Shown here: one piece after another, positions 1 to 13,276 of the stretch | Position numbering within the stretch: the first letter of the stretch is position 1 | Layout: every line of letters starts with the position of its first letter | DNA from: Mobula hypostoma | Taxonomy: Eukaryota | DNA: 64,000 nucleotides | Assembly: GCF_963921235.1 (NCBI RefSeq) | Contig: NC_086097.1 | Location: 209,996,001-210,060,000, forward strand | Direction: 5' to 3' | Position numbers and translations under genes: made by a program | The notes under the pieces: generated by a model | Databases searched by the model: none | Told to the model about the DNA's origin: nothing | What the model saw: the letters and a program-made list of their open reading frames with translations, nothing else

Positions 1-43
1 AGGTCACTAGGCGAACTCCTTAACCACTTGGCCACGCGCCAAC
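1..43 (-). mobile_element. 5' head of tRNA-derived SINE, cut by window edge
   Basis: Reverse complement GTTGGCGCGTGGCCAAGTGGTTAAGGAGTTCGCCTAGTGACCT matches the head of the SINE at 13676-13991. Confidence 0.7.
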
Positions 44-1532
44 ACTGGCATTAGAAATGATCTTTCAAAAATCATTGGACTCTGGCATGGTGCCAGAGAA
101 CCTGAAAATTGCAGATGTTACTCCACTCTTAAGAGAGGAGGAAGGCAGCAGAAAGGAAATTGTAGACCAGTTAGCCTGATCTCAGTGGTTGGGAAGATGT
201 TGGAGTCAAGTGTTAAGGATGAGGTGATGGAGTACTTGGTGACACGGGACAAGATAGTACAAAGTCAGTGTGGTTTCCTTCAGGGGAAAAACCTGCCTGA
301 TGAACCTGTTGGAATTCTTTTAGGAGACTACAAGTAGGATAGATAAAGGGGATGCAGCGGATGTTGTACATTTGGACTTTCAGAAGGCCTTTGACAAGGT
401 GCCACACATGAGGCTGCTTACCAAGTTAAGAGCCCATGGTATTACAGGAAACTTATTAACATGGTTAGAGCTTTGGCTGATTGGTAGGAGGCGGCGAGTG
501 GGAATAAAAGGATCCTTTTCTGGTTGGCTGCCAGTGACTACTGGTGTTCCACAGGGGTCGGTGTTGGGACCACTGCTTTTTATGCTTTTTATAAATGATT
601 TAGATGATGGAATAGGTGGCTTTGTTTCCAAGTTTGCAGATGATAGCAAGGTTGGTGGAGGGGCTGGTAGTGCTGAGGAAACAGTTAGGATGCAGAAGGA
701 CTTAGACAGATTAGGAGAATGGGCAAGAAAGTGGCAAATGAAATACAATGTTGGAAAATGCATGGCCATGCACTTTGATAATAGAAATAACCGTGCGGAA
801 TATTTTCTAAATGGGGAGAAAATCCAGGAATGCAGAACACCCTAAAGGTTAACTTACAGGTTGAGTTGGTGGTGAGGAAAGCAAATGCAATGTTAGCATT
901 CATTTCGAGAGGTCTAGAATACAAGAGCAAGGGTGTGATGCTGAGGCTTTAAAAGGCACTGGTAAGGCCTCACCTTGAGTGTTGTGAACATTTTTGAGCC
1001 TCTGATCTTAGAAAAGATGTGCTGGCATTGGAGAGGGTCCAGTGGATGTTCATAAGGATGATTCCAGGAATGAAAGGGTTATCATATGAGGAACATGTTG
1101 GCTCTGGGTCTGTACTCGCTGGAATTCTGAAGGATGGGGGGATCTCATTGAAACCTTTTGAATGTTGAAAGGTCTAGACAGAGTAGATGTGGTAAGGCAC
1201 TCTCCCACGGTTGGAGAGTCTAGGACAAGAGGGCACCACCTCTGGATAGAAGGGCGCCCTTTCAAAACAGAGATGTGGAGAAATTTCTTAAGCCAAAAGG
1301 TGGTAAATTTTGGAATTTGTTGCCACATGCAGCTGTGGAGGCCAGGTTGTTAGGTGTATTTAAGGCAGAGATTGATAGGTTCTTGATTGGACATGGCATC
1401 AAGGGCTACGGGAAGAAGGCTGGGAACTGGGGTTGAGGAGGAGATAGAAAAAAGCATCAGCTGTGATTGAATGGCGGAGCAGAATCAATGATCCGGATGG
1501 CCTAATTCTGCTCCTATGTCTTATGGTCTTAT
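44..1532 (+). mobile_element. CR1 LINE, 3' part of ORF2, decayed
   Basis: RT motifs [21 protein letters not shown] and KFADD (372-845); CR1 tail CCTAATTCTGCTCCTATGTCTTATGGTCTTATG. Confidence 0.95.
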
Positions 1533-2865
1533 GTAGCAGGAAATTCTGAGGATTATAGACTGCAGGTCTACCCTGCACGTCAGTGACTAGGATGATTCAC
1601 TCCCTGAGAGGCTGAATGTCTTCTGCGCCTGGTTTAATGCACAGAACAAAGTGCTGGCGAGGAAGACCCTGGCCAGAGTCAACCCATGCAAAGCTGCGCG
1701 GCCCAATAATACACCAGGTTGGGTTCTGAAAGACTGCGCAGCCCAGCTGACGGATACATTCAACATCTCTCTGGAACAATCCATTGTTCTCTCAGTTTTC
1801 AAGCGGCAACCATTATTCCAATGCCAAAGAAGGTGCCAGTAACCTGCCGAAATTGAATATCATCTTTGAGCAGTTGATCACAGAGCACATTAAAGCGTTT
1901 CTTCTGGCTACACTGGGCCCTTTCCAGTTCACTTACCACTCAAGTCGATCCATTGATGGTGCAATAGCCTCTGCTCTCTACTCTGTCCTGTCCCTCCTGG
2001 AAAATGGGGACTCGTATGCCAGACTGCTGTTTATAGTTTGGCGTTCAACACCACCCATACCCCCCCCCCCCACCTCTCTGGGTCTCAATACCTCCCTCTG
2101 CAATTGGATACTGGACTTCTTAACAGTAAGGCCACAGTCAGTCCGTGTGAGCAAGAACTTCACTCATCTGATAATGCTGAACACTGGCATTCCCCAGCGC
2201 TGTGTGCTCAGCCCGTTGCTGTGCCCACTGCTGATGCATGACAGTCGCAGGATCCAACTCAAACCTTGCCATCAAGCTTGCGGATGACACAACAGTGGTC
2301 GGCCTTATCAAGAACAATGACGAGATGGATTATAGAGAGGAAATAAAGCAGCTGGTAGATTGGTGTAAAAAGAACAACCTAAGCTTTAACGTGAGGAAGA
2401 CAAAAGAAATCATTGTGTGCTTCAGGAAGTTGTTAAGAAGTGCCGCCATTTCCTAAGAAGATCGGGAACATTTATATGCAGGGCCATCAGTATTGTTAAG
2501 GATCCCACTCATTCACCCAGCTTCCTCTTTGACTTTTTACCACCAGACTGTGATGCTTTAAAAACAAGAATGGCCAGAGTGAGAAGCAGTTTTTTTCTCA
2601 GGCCATCAAACTTCTCAACTCTCGCCCGCATCATATTCAAAGTGTCATTGGCTAATCTATTCTGTACCTTACAATATTTCATATTAATGCACTTTAGCTT
2701 GTTACTTATATGTGATTCATCTGCAGATTTTACCCTTGCCTTCATAAGTTATCATGTGTTATGTGCTTTACACTCTGATTCGAAGAAACATTATCTCATT
2801 TCTATATGCATTATACTGTACATTATATACATGTATGTAGTTAAATGACATTAGACTTGATTTGA
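1533..2865 (+). mobile_element. Rex1/Babar-type LINE fragment, decayed
   Basis: ARVNPCKAARPNNTPGWVLKDCAAQL, LCNWILDFLT, GIPQRCVLSP and [12 protein letters not shown] spread over several frames. Confidence 0.88.
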
Positions 2866-3890
2866 AAATATGCTGTCCAAGATCTTTTGGAGAAGCACAA
2901 AGAAATGCAGTAGTCAGCCCTGGGAAATGAGTGCAACAGATGAGAGATACATCAAACTGATGTCCCTTCTAAATCAGAAGAAGTCCGGCTCTGCTATCAG
3001 CTCTGAATTCACAGAAACCATTGGAGCCCAAGTACACCCCCTACAGTCCAGAGAAGTCTGGTCAGAAGTGGTCTTCGTGGATCGGTTGCTGCCAAAAAGC
3101 CATTCATCCCAAGTAGAACCGAAGCAAAGAGACTTACTACGCACAAAAGCACACAAGGATTGAGGTGCTGAACAATGGCAGCAAGTGCTCTGGGCTGATG
3201 AGTCAAAATTTGCAAATTTTGGCTCAAACAGGAGGCAGTTTGTCCATAGAAGTGCTACATGGATAAATGTCTGCAGCAACAGTGAAGCACAGCAGAGGTT
3301 CAGAGCTCCATTTCTGCAAATGAAGTTGGTGATCTGGTTACAATTAATAAATCTTCCATGCTGAAAAGTACAAGCGGATTCTTATCCGTCACACGATAAA
3401 TACCATCAGGGAGTTGTCTGATCAGTCCCAACTTTATTCTGCAGCAGAACAATGACCTCAAACAGACAGCCTTGGTCAATGAACTATTTTCAGTAAATAG
3501 AAGAACAAGGAGTTCTGCAACAGATGGTATGGCCTTCACAGAGCCATGATCTCAATATCCTCAAGGTTGGCTGTGATTACCTGGAGAGACAGAAGTAAGT
3601 GAGATAGCCAAAGCCAGCAGTATGCTGTGGTAAATTCTCCAAGATGCTTGGAACATCTTAGAACAACCTACCGGCTGATATTCTTATAAAACTTCATGAC
3701 AGTGTATCTAAGGTAATAGTTGCAGTTTTGAAGACAAACAGTGGTCACACCAGATATTGATTTTATTTATTTATTTTACTGCTCTTTAGAATTGTTTAGT
3801 ATTTAGGAACTTCTCATTTCATTATTTTTCGAAAGCATCTTTGCTTTACAGCATTGTTTTTACATCTGCCTAAGACTTCTGCACTCGTTA
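2866..3890 (+). mobile_element. Tc1/mariner transposon remnant
   Basis: Remnants QVLWADESKF, LQQNNDLKQT and WPSQSHDLN; terminal CTGCCTAAGACTTCTGCAC resembles a Tc1 TIR. Confidence 0.85.
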
Positions 3891-4019
3891 CTAGGTTATG
3901 AAGGAGTCCAGCTCAGTCTGGACTCATTTGAGCCCAGTAATTGTTTCGGTTTTGCTATTGGCAAATAGCAAAACCATACAACTGATTCCTGCGCTTCATT
4001 GTTAAATGATATCATTTTT

Positions 4020-6297
4020 CGGATCGCAAGAGAGGGAGTTTGTTAAATGCCTCCTGAGGTGTTTTTTTTTAGAGAGTCTTGTGGTTGAGCCTTCTCGGGG
4101 AAAAGGCTATCTTAGATTGGGTGTTGTGTAATAACCCAGATCTTATCAGGGAGCTTAATGTAAAAGAACCCTTAGGAGGCAGTGATCATAAAAAAAATGT
4201 GATTGAATTCATACTGCAGTTTGAGAGGGAGAAGCACAAGTCACATGTATAAGTATCACAATGGAATAAAGGGAATTACAGAGCCAGAGAGAGGAGCTTG
4301 CCCAGGTAGATTGGAGGAGGGATGACGGCAGAGCAGAGGTGGCTGAAGTTTCTGGGACTAGTTCATATGTCCCACAGAAGAAGTTGTTCTCAAATGGCAG
4401 GCATAGGCAACCGTAGCTGACAAGGGGAGTTAAGAACTGTATAAAAGCAGAAGTGAGTGGGAAATTGGATGATTGGGAAGCTTTTAAAATCCAACAAAAG
4501 GCAACTAAAAAGAAGGGAAAAGATGAAATATAAGGGTAGACTAGTCAATAATATAAAGGATATTAAAAAGATTTTTCAGTTATATAAAGAGTAAAAGGGA
4601 GGTGCGAGTTGATATTAGACCACTAGAAAATGATGCTGGTGAGGTAGTGATGAGGGACAAAGAAATGGCAGATGAACTTAATAAGTACTTTGCATCAGTC
4701 TTCACCGCAGAAGACACGAACAGTATGCCAGAGGTCTGTGAGTGTTAAAGCAGGAGTGACTACCATTGCTATTACAAAGGAAAAAGTACTAGGCAAACTG
4801 AAAGGTCTTGAGGTGGATAAGTCAGCTGGACCATATGGACTAGATCCCAGAGTCCTGAGAGAGGTTGCTGAAGAGATAATGAATGCTTTGGTCGTGGTCT
4901 TTTTAGAATCACTTGATTCTGGCATGGTCCCAGAGGACTGGAAGATTGCAAATGGCATTCCACTCTTTAAGAAGGGAGGAAGGGAAAAGAAATCTCAGTG
5001 GTTGGGAAAGTATTGGAGTCTATTACTAAGGATGTGATTTTGGGGTACTTGGGGACTAATGATAAAGTAAGTCAAAGTCAGCATGGTTTCTGTAAAGGGA
5101 AATCTTGCCTGACAAATCCGTTAGAGTTCTTTGAGGAAGTAACAAGCAGGGTGGACAAAGAGGCAGTGGACGTCATTTACTTAGATTTTCAAAAGGCATT
5201 TGAAAAAGTGCCACACATGAAGCTGCTTAACAATGGCGTTACAGGAAAGTAGAATGGCTGACAACAGGAGGCAGCGAGTGGGAATAAAGAAGGCCTTTTC
5301 TGATTGGCTGCCAGTGATTAGTCGTGTTCCTCAGGGGGTCAGTATTGGGACCACTACTTTTCACGTTGTTTGTCAATGATTTGGATAGTAGAATGGCTGT
5401 GTCGCAAAGTTGCAGATGCTATGAAGATAGGTAGTGCTGAGGAAGCAATGCGATTGCAGCAGGACTTAGACAAATTGGAAGTTGGAAGAATGGGCAAAAT
5501 AGTGGAAGATGGAATACAGTGTTGGGAAATGTATGTTAATGCATTTTGGTAAAAGGAACAATATTGTGGACTATTATCTAAATGGGGAGAAGGATCAAAC
5601 ATCAGAGGTGCAAAGCGGCTTAGGGGACTCCCACAAGGTTAGTTTACAGGTTGGGTCTATGGTAAAGAAGGCAAGTGCAATGTTGGCATTTATTTCAAGG
5701 GGAATAGAATATAAAAACAAGGAGATAATGCTGAGGCTTTATAAGACAGTAGTTAGGCTGCACTTGGAGTATTGTCAAGTCTTGGCCCTTTATATCAGAA
5801 AGGATGTGTTGTCATTGGAGAGAGTCCAGAGGAGGTTCACGAGGATGAAGCGATTAACATATGAGGAGTGTTTAGCAGCTTTGGGCGTGCACTGGAAGGA
5901 ATTTTGAAGAATGCGGGGGATCTCATTGAAACCTGCTGAATGTTGAAAGGACTAGATAGGGTGGATGTGGAGGGGATGTTTCCTATGGTGGGGCTATCCA
6001 GGTCACAGGCTCAAAATTGAGGGGTGACCTTTTTAGAACAGAGGTACGGAGATTTTTTTTTAAAGCCAGGGAGTAAGAAACCTGTGGAATGCTCTGCCAC
6101 AGACTGCAGTGGAGGCCAAGTCTGTGAGTATATATAAGGTGTAAGTTGATGATTTTCTGGTCAGTCAGGCCATCAAAGGATATGGCGAAGGTAGGTGTAT
6201 GTGGTTGAGTGGGACCCTGGATCAGTCATAATGGAATGGCGGAGCAGACTCGATGGGCTGAATGGCCTAATTCTGCTCCTGTGTTTTATGGTCTCAT
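4020..6297 (+). mobile_element. CR1 LINE, decayed
   Basis: VPEDWKIAN, QHGFCKGKSCLTN and YLDFQKAF motifs; CR1 3' tail near 6265-6297. Confidence 0.95.
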
Positions 6298-6828
6298 GAA
6301 ATATCTGAAGAGACTCTTTTAATAGATATTCTTGAGCACATTTTGCTTAGGAGATGTGTCAGAATAGTTGTAGGTCTCATTTTACCCTGGCTTGTTTGAA
6401 GGTTGTTGAGGTACATCACATTGTTTGGCTTTTAGGGGAACAATCATTTTAAATACAAAGGGAAAAAAAGTCATCATTACAATTGTCCTATACACTAACT
6501 TAGTTCAAAAAATTGGTTAATTTTAGAGAAACTAGATTAGATGTGCAGTATTTTAAAAAATTTTTTGCAGTGCTATCTGTAACTTCTTACATTAGTTTAT
6601 TGCTGTATCGGGATGACAATTAAAAATGGAATAAAGTTTGCTACTAAACAAACGGTTTTAAAAATAGTTTTTGTCGAAAGGTTGAAAGCTGGAAGCTTAA
6701 ATTGTGTTTGGATATGGTTTGTATGTTTCACTATGAAGTTGCCGGTGGAAGCTGTAGTTATTGGGACACCCTTTGAAGGCTGTTGAAAATTATTCATCCT
6801 AACAATTTCTGATTTATTATGTTAGCAG

Positions 6829-6943
6829 ATTCTCCTAACACTTTAAGCAAAACATTAAAAAACAGCACTGCAGCGGGGAAGAATCAAAGCAGTGAAGATG
6901 AGGATGATCCACCAAAACCCAAACCAGTAAGGGTGAAAAAAAG
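6829..6943 (+). CDS. TGS1: TGS1 coding exon, first in window; upstream exons lie outside it
   Basis: TTAGCAG acceptor; encodes DSPNTLSK...SSEDEDDPPKPKPVRVKK; AAG|GTAAGT donor in phase 2 joins the next exon to give KKSHEFD, resembling mammalian TGS1 KRSHELD. Confidence 0.85.
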
Positions 6944-7996
6944 GTAAGTAATCAAAGTTTCTTTGTAACCTTGCTGTATTTTCATCATACTTTTATATAG
7001 TGTGTAGGCAATATATTAGTCCACCTTTTGAACACTCAGAGATCCCAATAGATGGCATCTGGCCCACCAGATAATATTTGCCTTTAAACTCTCCGGAGCT
7101 TGCATAGACCCTTGTCACTTAGTTGGCTGAATAGGCAGGTTATAATTTTATTGCTTAAAATCAATAAAAAAAAATGCTGAGGTATTTATAGAAATTGCAT
7201 ACAGTACTCTTAAACTGTGTTAATCTGGTACTAAAGTCCCAAATATGCCAGATTTTCAGAGTATTACTGTACACAGGATAGAAACTGAAATTAAATGCTA
7301 TGTAACTGGTCATGTTGAGAAAACAAACTGGTAAGATGGAAAGAGCTATAGTATTGGATGCACAACAGGATAATAAGTAATTAAGTAGTTAATACTTGTA
7401 TCACATAAAAGTTGATATCTCTGCAATTATTTTTAGTCAAATGTAGAAGCACTCTCAAATTCTAATATACTTGTTTTTTATGGTTCTGATATTACCAAAA
7501 GTAGCATCACAGCCCCAGACTAATTGAAAGGTGGGAAAATTTCCAACAAGTTTCAAAGACAAAAATAAAAACTTGAATTTCTTTCAGTGACATTAATTCT
7601 GTTCTTTTTCCCCAAGAGAGTTTTAAAAAAAAACTTTTAGACCTTCATGGCTTTGCAAGAGTTTTTTAAAACTATTCCAGTGCCCTTTCTGCATAGAAAT
7701 ATTTCTACTTGTAATTTTTCAGATTCTGTGGATGATAATGAAAATTATTGAAAATTTGAAGAAAATACTATTTCACCATTATAATATGTGCATGATTTCA
7801 CTCTGTGAACAGTAAATTCTCCTTTTGTAAAGGAACCATTTTTATAGTTTACTTTATAAATTTCTGTTTTAAATCTTTTTAAAAATTAGAAGCCCTGGAG
7901 AACACATTAAAGTAAATGTTCTTCTGTGTATCATTTAGCAGGTCTATTTCTTCTTTGACTAATTACTTTATTAATTTTAATGCTTTTTTTTTGTAG

Positions 7997-8083
7997 TCAT
8001 GAATTTGATGCTGAAGAGTATCCTACTGTGGCAGTGGAAGATGCCTATTCGGCTCTTGGCTTCAAGCACCATACTAGCCAAAA
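7997..8083 (+). CDS. TGS1: TGS1 coding exon
   Basis: Poly-T plus TAG acceptor; SHEFDAEEYPTVAVEDAYSALGFKHHTSQ; GTAAGA donor; phase 2/2. Confidence 0.9.
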
Positions 8084-8100
8084 GTAAGAATACTGTAGGA

Positions 8101-11100
8101 TAGTGGTCACTAACCTTTTTAAGCCTAAGATCCCCTACCTCGGCTTTAGTGAAAGGCAAGATTGACCTACTAAATCGTTTAGAGAAAAAACAGCTCAGAT
8201 TGTACTTTCAACTTGAGGCCTTTTATTTGGGCTAATTGTATTTGAATTACACAAAATGCTTTTGTCAAACTTTCAAATTAATTCAACCAAGAAAACACTG
8301 TAACTAGCATATCAAATAGGCCACAGCTGTCTTTCTTCAAGAATATTACGATACTTCATACCTTTAATTCTAAGTTTCATACATTTTATTTCAACACGGA
8401 AAATAAATGAATAAAAATTGACCATTGAACTCAGTGTGATGACTGGGGCTGAATACTTTCTGCTAGTTCCCTGAAATTTGGCTCATAACTACAGACGGCC
8501 AGTCTGAGACAGTCTGTGAGGTGTAGGGTTGCCAACTGTCCTGTATTTCCCCTGCTAAGGTAGAGCGTTCCTATGAAACCTTTTGTGCCAAAATGCTTTA
8601 TGCCAAAGAAGCAATTTCCATTAATTTATATAGAAAAAATTTTGAGTGTTCCCAGACCCAAAAAAACCTACGAAATCATACCAAATAACACATAAAACCT
8701 AAAATAACACTAACATATAGTAAGACAGCTCCTGTACTTAGATTTAATAATTTTCATCTGTGAAACTGCAAATTCACACAGATAAGTTGACCCGAAGTAG
8801 GCACTGGCCTTTAGTGTACATGTGGTGAGATGAGGAAACTTCTCCCTGCTGACAAGCCCCCAAAAGTCACCGTCCTTTTTTCTTGCTTTAAGCTCAATGT
8901 CATTTTGCAAATCAATTATTTCCTTTTCAGTATCACTTGGCAGACCAAATACTTGCTGGAATTTGGCTGCTATCTGTTCTATATCGATCGGCAGAAATGG
9001 GTTTGAAATAAATGCAGCAATATCTTTCATGACGTTTAACTCCCCAAAATGCCGATCGAACTCTATTGCTAGTTTGTCTAGGTAAGCACAGTACTGCTCA
9101 GGGTGAAAAGCATTTTTTCCCTTGATGGCCTGTAACGTTTTCTCCAAGTTGGGAAAGTGTGTCAGCCTCCCGTTCTTTAAATTTGAAATCCAAATACTGA
9201 GCTTGGCCTTAAACACATTTACTGCGCTTATCATATGGGGCAGGTGTCGGTCTTTTCCCACGAGCTCGTTGTTAAGTGCACTTAATTTAGCCATTAGATC
9301 TGTCAGAAACCCTAAATCCAGTAGCCATGCATCATCTGACAGCTCCTCGTGCTCCTCGTTTCTTGTTGACAGAAAAGTCTTTATCTCAGGCAGCAAGTCA
9401 ACAAATCGTTGCAGCACTTTGCCGCGACTCAACCACCAAACATCAGCATGAAGAAGTATGTCTCCGTAAGCGGCATCGAGCTCATCCAATAATATCTTGA
9501 ATAAGTGGTGCTGAAGCGCTTTTGCGAAAAGTCCATGACCTTCCCAGCCCAGGCCTGCTGATGAATCACACAGTGGTAATTCAGGAAGTCGGGAAAATCA
9601 GGGTCATTACGGCACAGTGCTATAAAACCAACGCGCACGCTGCGCATTGCTGTGGCTCCATCAGTCATAATTGCCACCAGTTTATGAATGGGGATGTCAT
9701 TTTTACAGACATACTTTTTAAACTTATTGTAAATATCTTCACCTCTCGTTCTCTCCTTTAAGTGCAAAAGAGTGAGGAAGTCCTCCTTTGTTGTAAAATC
9801 CTGGAAAGCCATTCTGACAAATACAACAAGCTGAGCTGGTTGCATTACATCCAAGGATTCATCGAACTGTAGTGAAAAATATTCATAGAGTGACAAGTCC
9901 TTTAAGACTTGTCGATCCACATCCTCTGACAGTGACTCCACCCTCCTTGTCACTGTTGCAGGGCCAAGCGGTATATTATGTATTGCGGTTTTAATGTCGT
10001 TTTTGTTTTTAAAGTCAGTCTCTGCAGTAATGGCCATTGCTTCCTTGAATAAATCGCCATCTGTAAAAGGCTTCTTGTGTTTAGCCAAAAGGTGACTTAT
10101 ATGAAATGATGCTTCAATAGCAGCCTTATTTTGAGCAGCATGTTTTGCTGGGCCTTCAACCCCGATTTCAGCTCCTCGACTTTCCTGACACGGATTGCGC
10201 TCTTTGGGGGGTAGGCGTCTTTAAGTTTCTGGTGGTTGGTGTTGTGCCGCTGCAGATTCCCTCTTTTAGTCGGTGCTTGTGTTTGGTGGCACAAAATACA
10301 GACACACTTGTCTTTCACCAAGGTAAACAGAAATTCCTCTTCCCATTCTGGATGGAATTTTCTACATTTTTGCCTTCTTTCGTGGAGCCTCTGCCATGCT
10401 AACTAACTACCTTGCAGGATATCACCAGCAAGTGCCTTATATTGATGTTTGCGACAGTCTGTATTCTTTTCTAATCTAATTGGTCACTTTGATGTAGCAC
10501 AAGCTACATTGAAAAAATACAACAGCTAAATCAAAAGAGAGAGAGAGGCGCTAACTTTTCAGTAAAAACTAAAATTAATGCTAATTACTAGCACACTATC
10601 TGAAATGCTAAACATGAATTCACGCTATCAAAAGCAAAAAATTCGAAAGAAAGAAAGAGCAGTACAATTGATCAAACTTTTGCATAACCAATGTAACATA
10701 AATAGCAGCATAATAGAGTCAAAACCGATTAAAGTTGATCAAATTTTAGTTAAGTCATGAATGCATAAGTGAGTCACTTTTACCCACACGTGTTGTTTTC
10801 TTTCGCCATTGGACAGTTTGCCCGTTTGTTTATGTTTAAGATAAACAGCTCTCCCACGCTCCATGGAAATTTGACAGACCGTGGCAATAGTCACATGATG
10901 TCAGCACACATGTGATGCACGATGCTGGGCAGTGGAAAAAGAGAAACACAATAACCAGGGAAAGCAACTATGTGTGGGTTAAAAACGACTCACATATGCG
11001 CTGTACGGGTAAAATTTGCTTTTGCATCAAAAGGTTTATCAGGCATAATGTACTTGTGTATTTATTTTTAATTTTTTTTCGGGATCTATTGGAAAAGTCT

Positions 11101-11145
11101 CTTAGATCCACCGGTGGATCACGATCGACTGGTTGGTGACCACTC
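8101..11145 (-). mobile_element. hAT DNA transposon (Charlie/GTF2IRD2-like) with disrupted transposase
   Basis: TIRs TAGTGGTCACTAACC (8101-8115) and GGTTGGTGACCACTC (11131-11145); 8-bp TSD CTGTAGGA/CTGTAGGT; transposase pieces from ATG 10397 to stop 8431 with CVCILC, LQFDES, MTDGA, HCVIHQ, WLSRG and FGSTYLCE motifs. Confidence 0.93.
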
Positions 11146-11233
11146 CTGTAGGTTCAAAAGTACCCTGCAGTAGAAGCTAACCATTGGGTTATTGGTCAGT
11201 TTTCATTTCATCAGCTTGAGAATTGAATCAAAA

Positions 11234-11770
11234 GTAAATACAAAATATGCAGATGCTGGGGTCAAAGTAACACTCACAACATGCTGGAGGAACTCAGCAG
11301 GTCGGGCAGCAGCCGTGGAAACGATCAGTCAACGTTCTGGCCTGAAGTTCCTCTAGTGTGTTGTGAATCAAAAGTAAATAGAAGTAACAAATGAGATTAT
11401 ATTATGAATGGAGCAGCTTCTTCACCTCCATCATCATATTTTTGAACAGTCTATGAACCCGTGACACTATTCTTCTTTTGAACTATTTTGTAACTTATAG
11501 TCATTTTTATGTCTTGTACTGTAATGTCTCTAAACAACATAATAAACTTGAGCAACACACAAAATGCTGGAGGAACTCTGCAGGCCAGGCAGCATCTATG
11601 GAAAAGAGTACAGTTGAAGTTTTGGGCTGAAATTTGATGAAGGCTCTCGGCCCGAAATGTTGACTGTATTCTTTTTACATAGATGCTGCTTGGCCTGCTG
11701 AGTTCCTCCAGCATTTTGTGTGCATTGCTTGAATTTCCAGCATCTGCAGATTTTCTCTTGTTTGTGAGTA
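11234..11770. repeat. Penelope pLTR-derived fold-back repeats and a Rex-type tail fragment
   Basis: AATGCTGGAGGAACTC...GAGTTCCTCCAGCATT inverted arms at about 11550-11730; same sequence as the terminal repeats of the Penelope elements in this window. Confidence 0.75.
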
Positions 11771-12280
11771 ATAAACCTGATTCAGAATCTGAAAACAATT
11801 ATTTCATTCAGCCATATTTTAGACTGTGCACAAAACATGCGACTAGAAACATATAAAACATTCCTGAAGGAACTTATAAGGAAATGGTTTAATATTTCTT
11901 GAGCTGAGAGGTGTTCTTGTTGAAATGTCAAAGTCTTATGGGGGTTCCACAGAGTAGATGTATTTATGATATTTCCACTGGCTGAGGATTCTGTAAGGAG
12001 TCAGTCTCAAAATATGGATTGACCATTCAAGTCACAAAAAGTTTCTTCACATAAGTACTATATCTGTGGGATTCTGTAATCAACAGGGCAGTGGAGATTG
12101 AGAAGTTCGTGAACATTTTATAAATTGTTTGGTGATACAGGAATTGAGGCAAAAGTTCAGTCATGATCTCATTGAAAGTCAAGGAAGGTACATGTTGATG
12201 ACAAGCCTATTTCCTTTTTCTGCTGAAAAGAACTAATATTTGTAAATGCCTTTTGTTTTTTCTATGATCTTCGCATTCAG

Positions 12281-12434
12281 CATTTCAAAATTTACTCATG
12301 GACACGCATTCTATCATAAGGACATTGAGCAATTTAGGAATCTTGATATGCATAGACCAGTGATTTCCAGAAAGAAACATATATTCTTTGGTGAAGGAGA
12401 AGTCCTGAATAAGAAGAGCAAGACCTTAGAAAAG
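12281..12434 (+). CDS. TGS1: TGS1 coding exon
   Basis: TTCAG acceptor in phase 2; ISKFTHGH...LDMHRPVISRKKHIFF...KKSKTLEK; AAG|GTAATA donor. Confidence 0.88.
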
Positions 12435-12864
12435 GTAATATAATGTATGATGGTACTAGGTAATGTGAAGGGTTAGGACCTCTGGTAATGCTTATGGTTA
12501 CACCTCAGATTAATGGGTTGAATCACCTTCCTGGCATTAGTGAATTACAACTAACTTAGATCCTATGCTCCATATCAGTAATGTTCAAATGAAGGCTTAG
12601 CATTTGACAATCCCCTCACCTTTGCCTATGTTACTTTTGGATGTTTTGTGTATTTTTAGACACTTAATAAAGCTCACTGTCTTGACTTTTAAAGTATATT
12701 AAAGCAAAACCTGATGTATCCATTATGTATTAAACTTTGATAATGAATTAACTGGAGGTATTTGGAGTTCTTTTGCACATAGATTAGCTCTAAATAAGTT
12801 AATTCTTCATATTTTGACTCTAAATAGCTTCATATTAGTTGATTATTTGCTGTTTGTCTTTTAG

Positions 12865-13276
12865 GTACAAAGATTTCTAAAACAAGTCAAATCATCAAAT
12901 GATTCTGTTAATTTGGACATTTCATCCTCTGTGCCACACAGTCCTAGGGAATATAGTAGCAGGGAACAACCATACAGTTCCATTGAAAATTGTACCTCAG
13001 TGTGTGAAAATAGCAACAGTGAAAATGAGACTGAAGAAACTGCGGATGATGGACCAGCTTGTATCCATAAGCCCTCAAAATTTAGTATCTACAATGAGGG
13101 CAACAAAGAAGAGCTGATAGAAAAAGATGATGAGGCCTCTATTCCTGCTGAAAATTCTGAATTCTATTCTGATAGACAGCTCGTTCCTTTGGATATTCCA
13201 GACTTTCTTTTACCTGATCCTGATGTAACGGAGAAGACTGATGAATGTGCGTTTCAAACTGAAGAACTGAATCAAG
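12865..13276 (+). CDS. TGS1: TGS1 coding exon, acidic low-complexity region
   Basis: TTTTAG acceptor; VQRFLKQVK...RQLVPLDIPDFLLPD...EELNQ, open for 412 nt; AAG|GTACAT donor in phase 1. Confidence 0.88.

Noticed and set aside
8431..10397. Domesticated GTF2IRD2-like host gene
   Set aside because: Frameshifts, a stop and an insertion, together with TIRs and TSD, show a decaying transposon.
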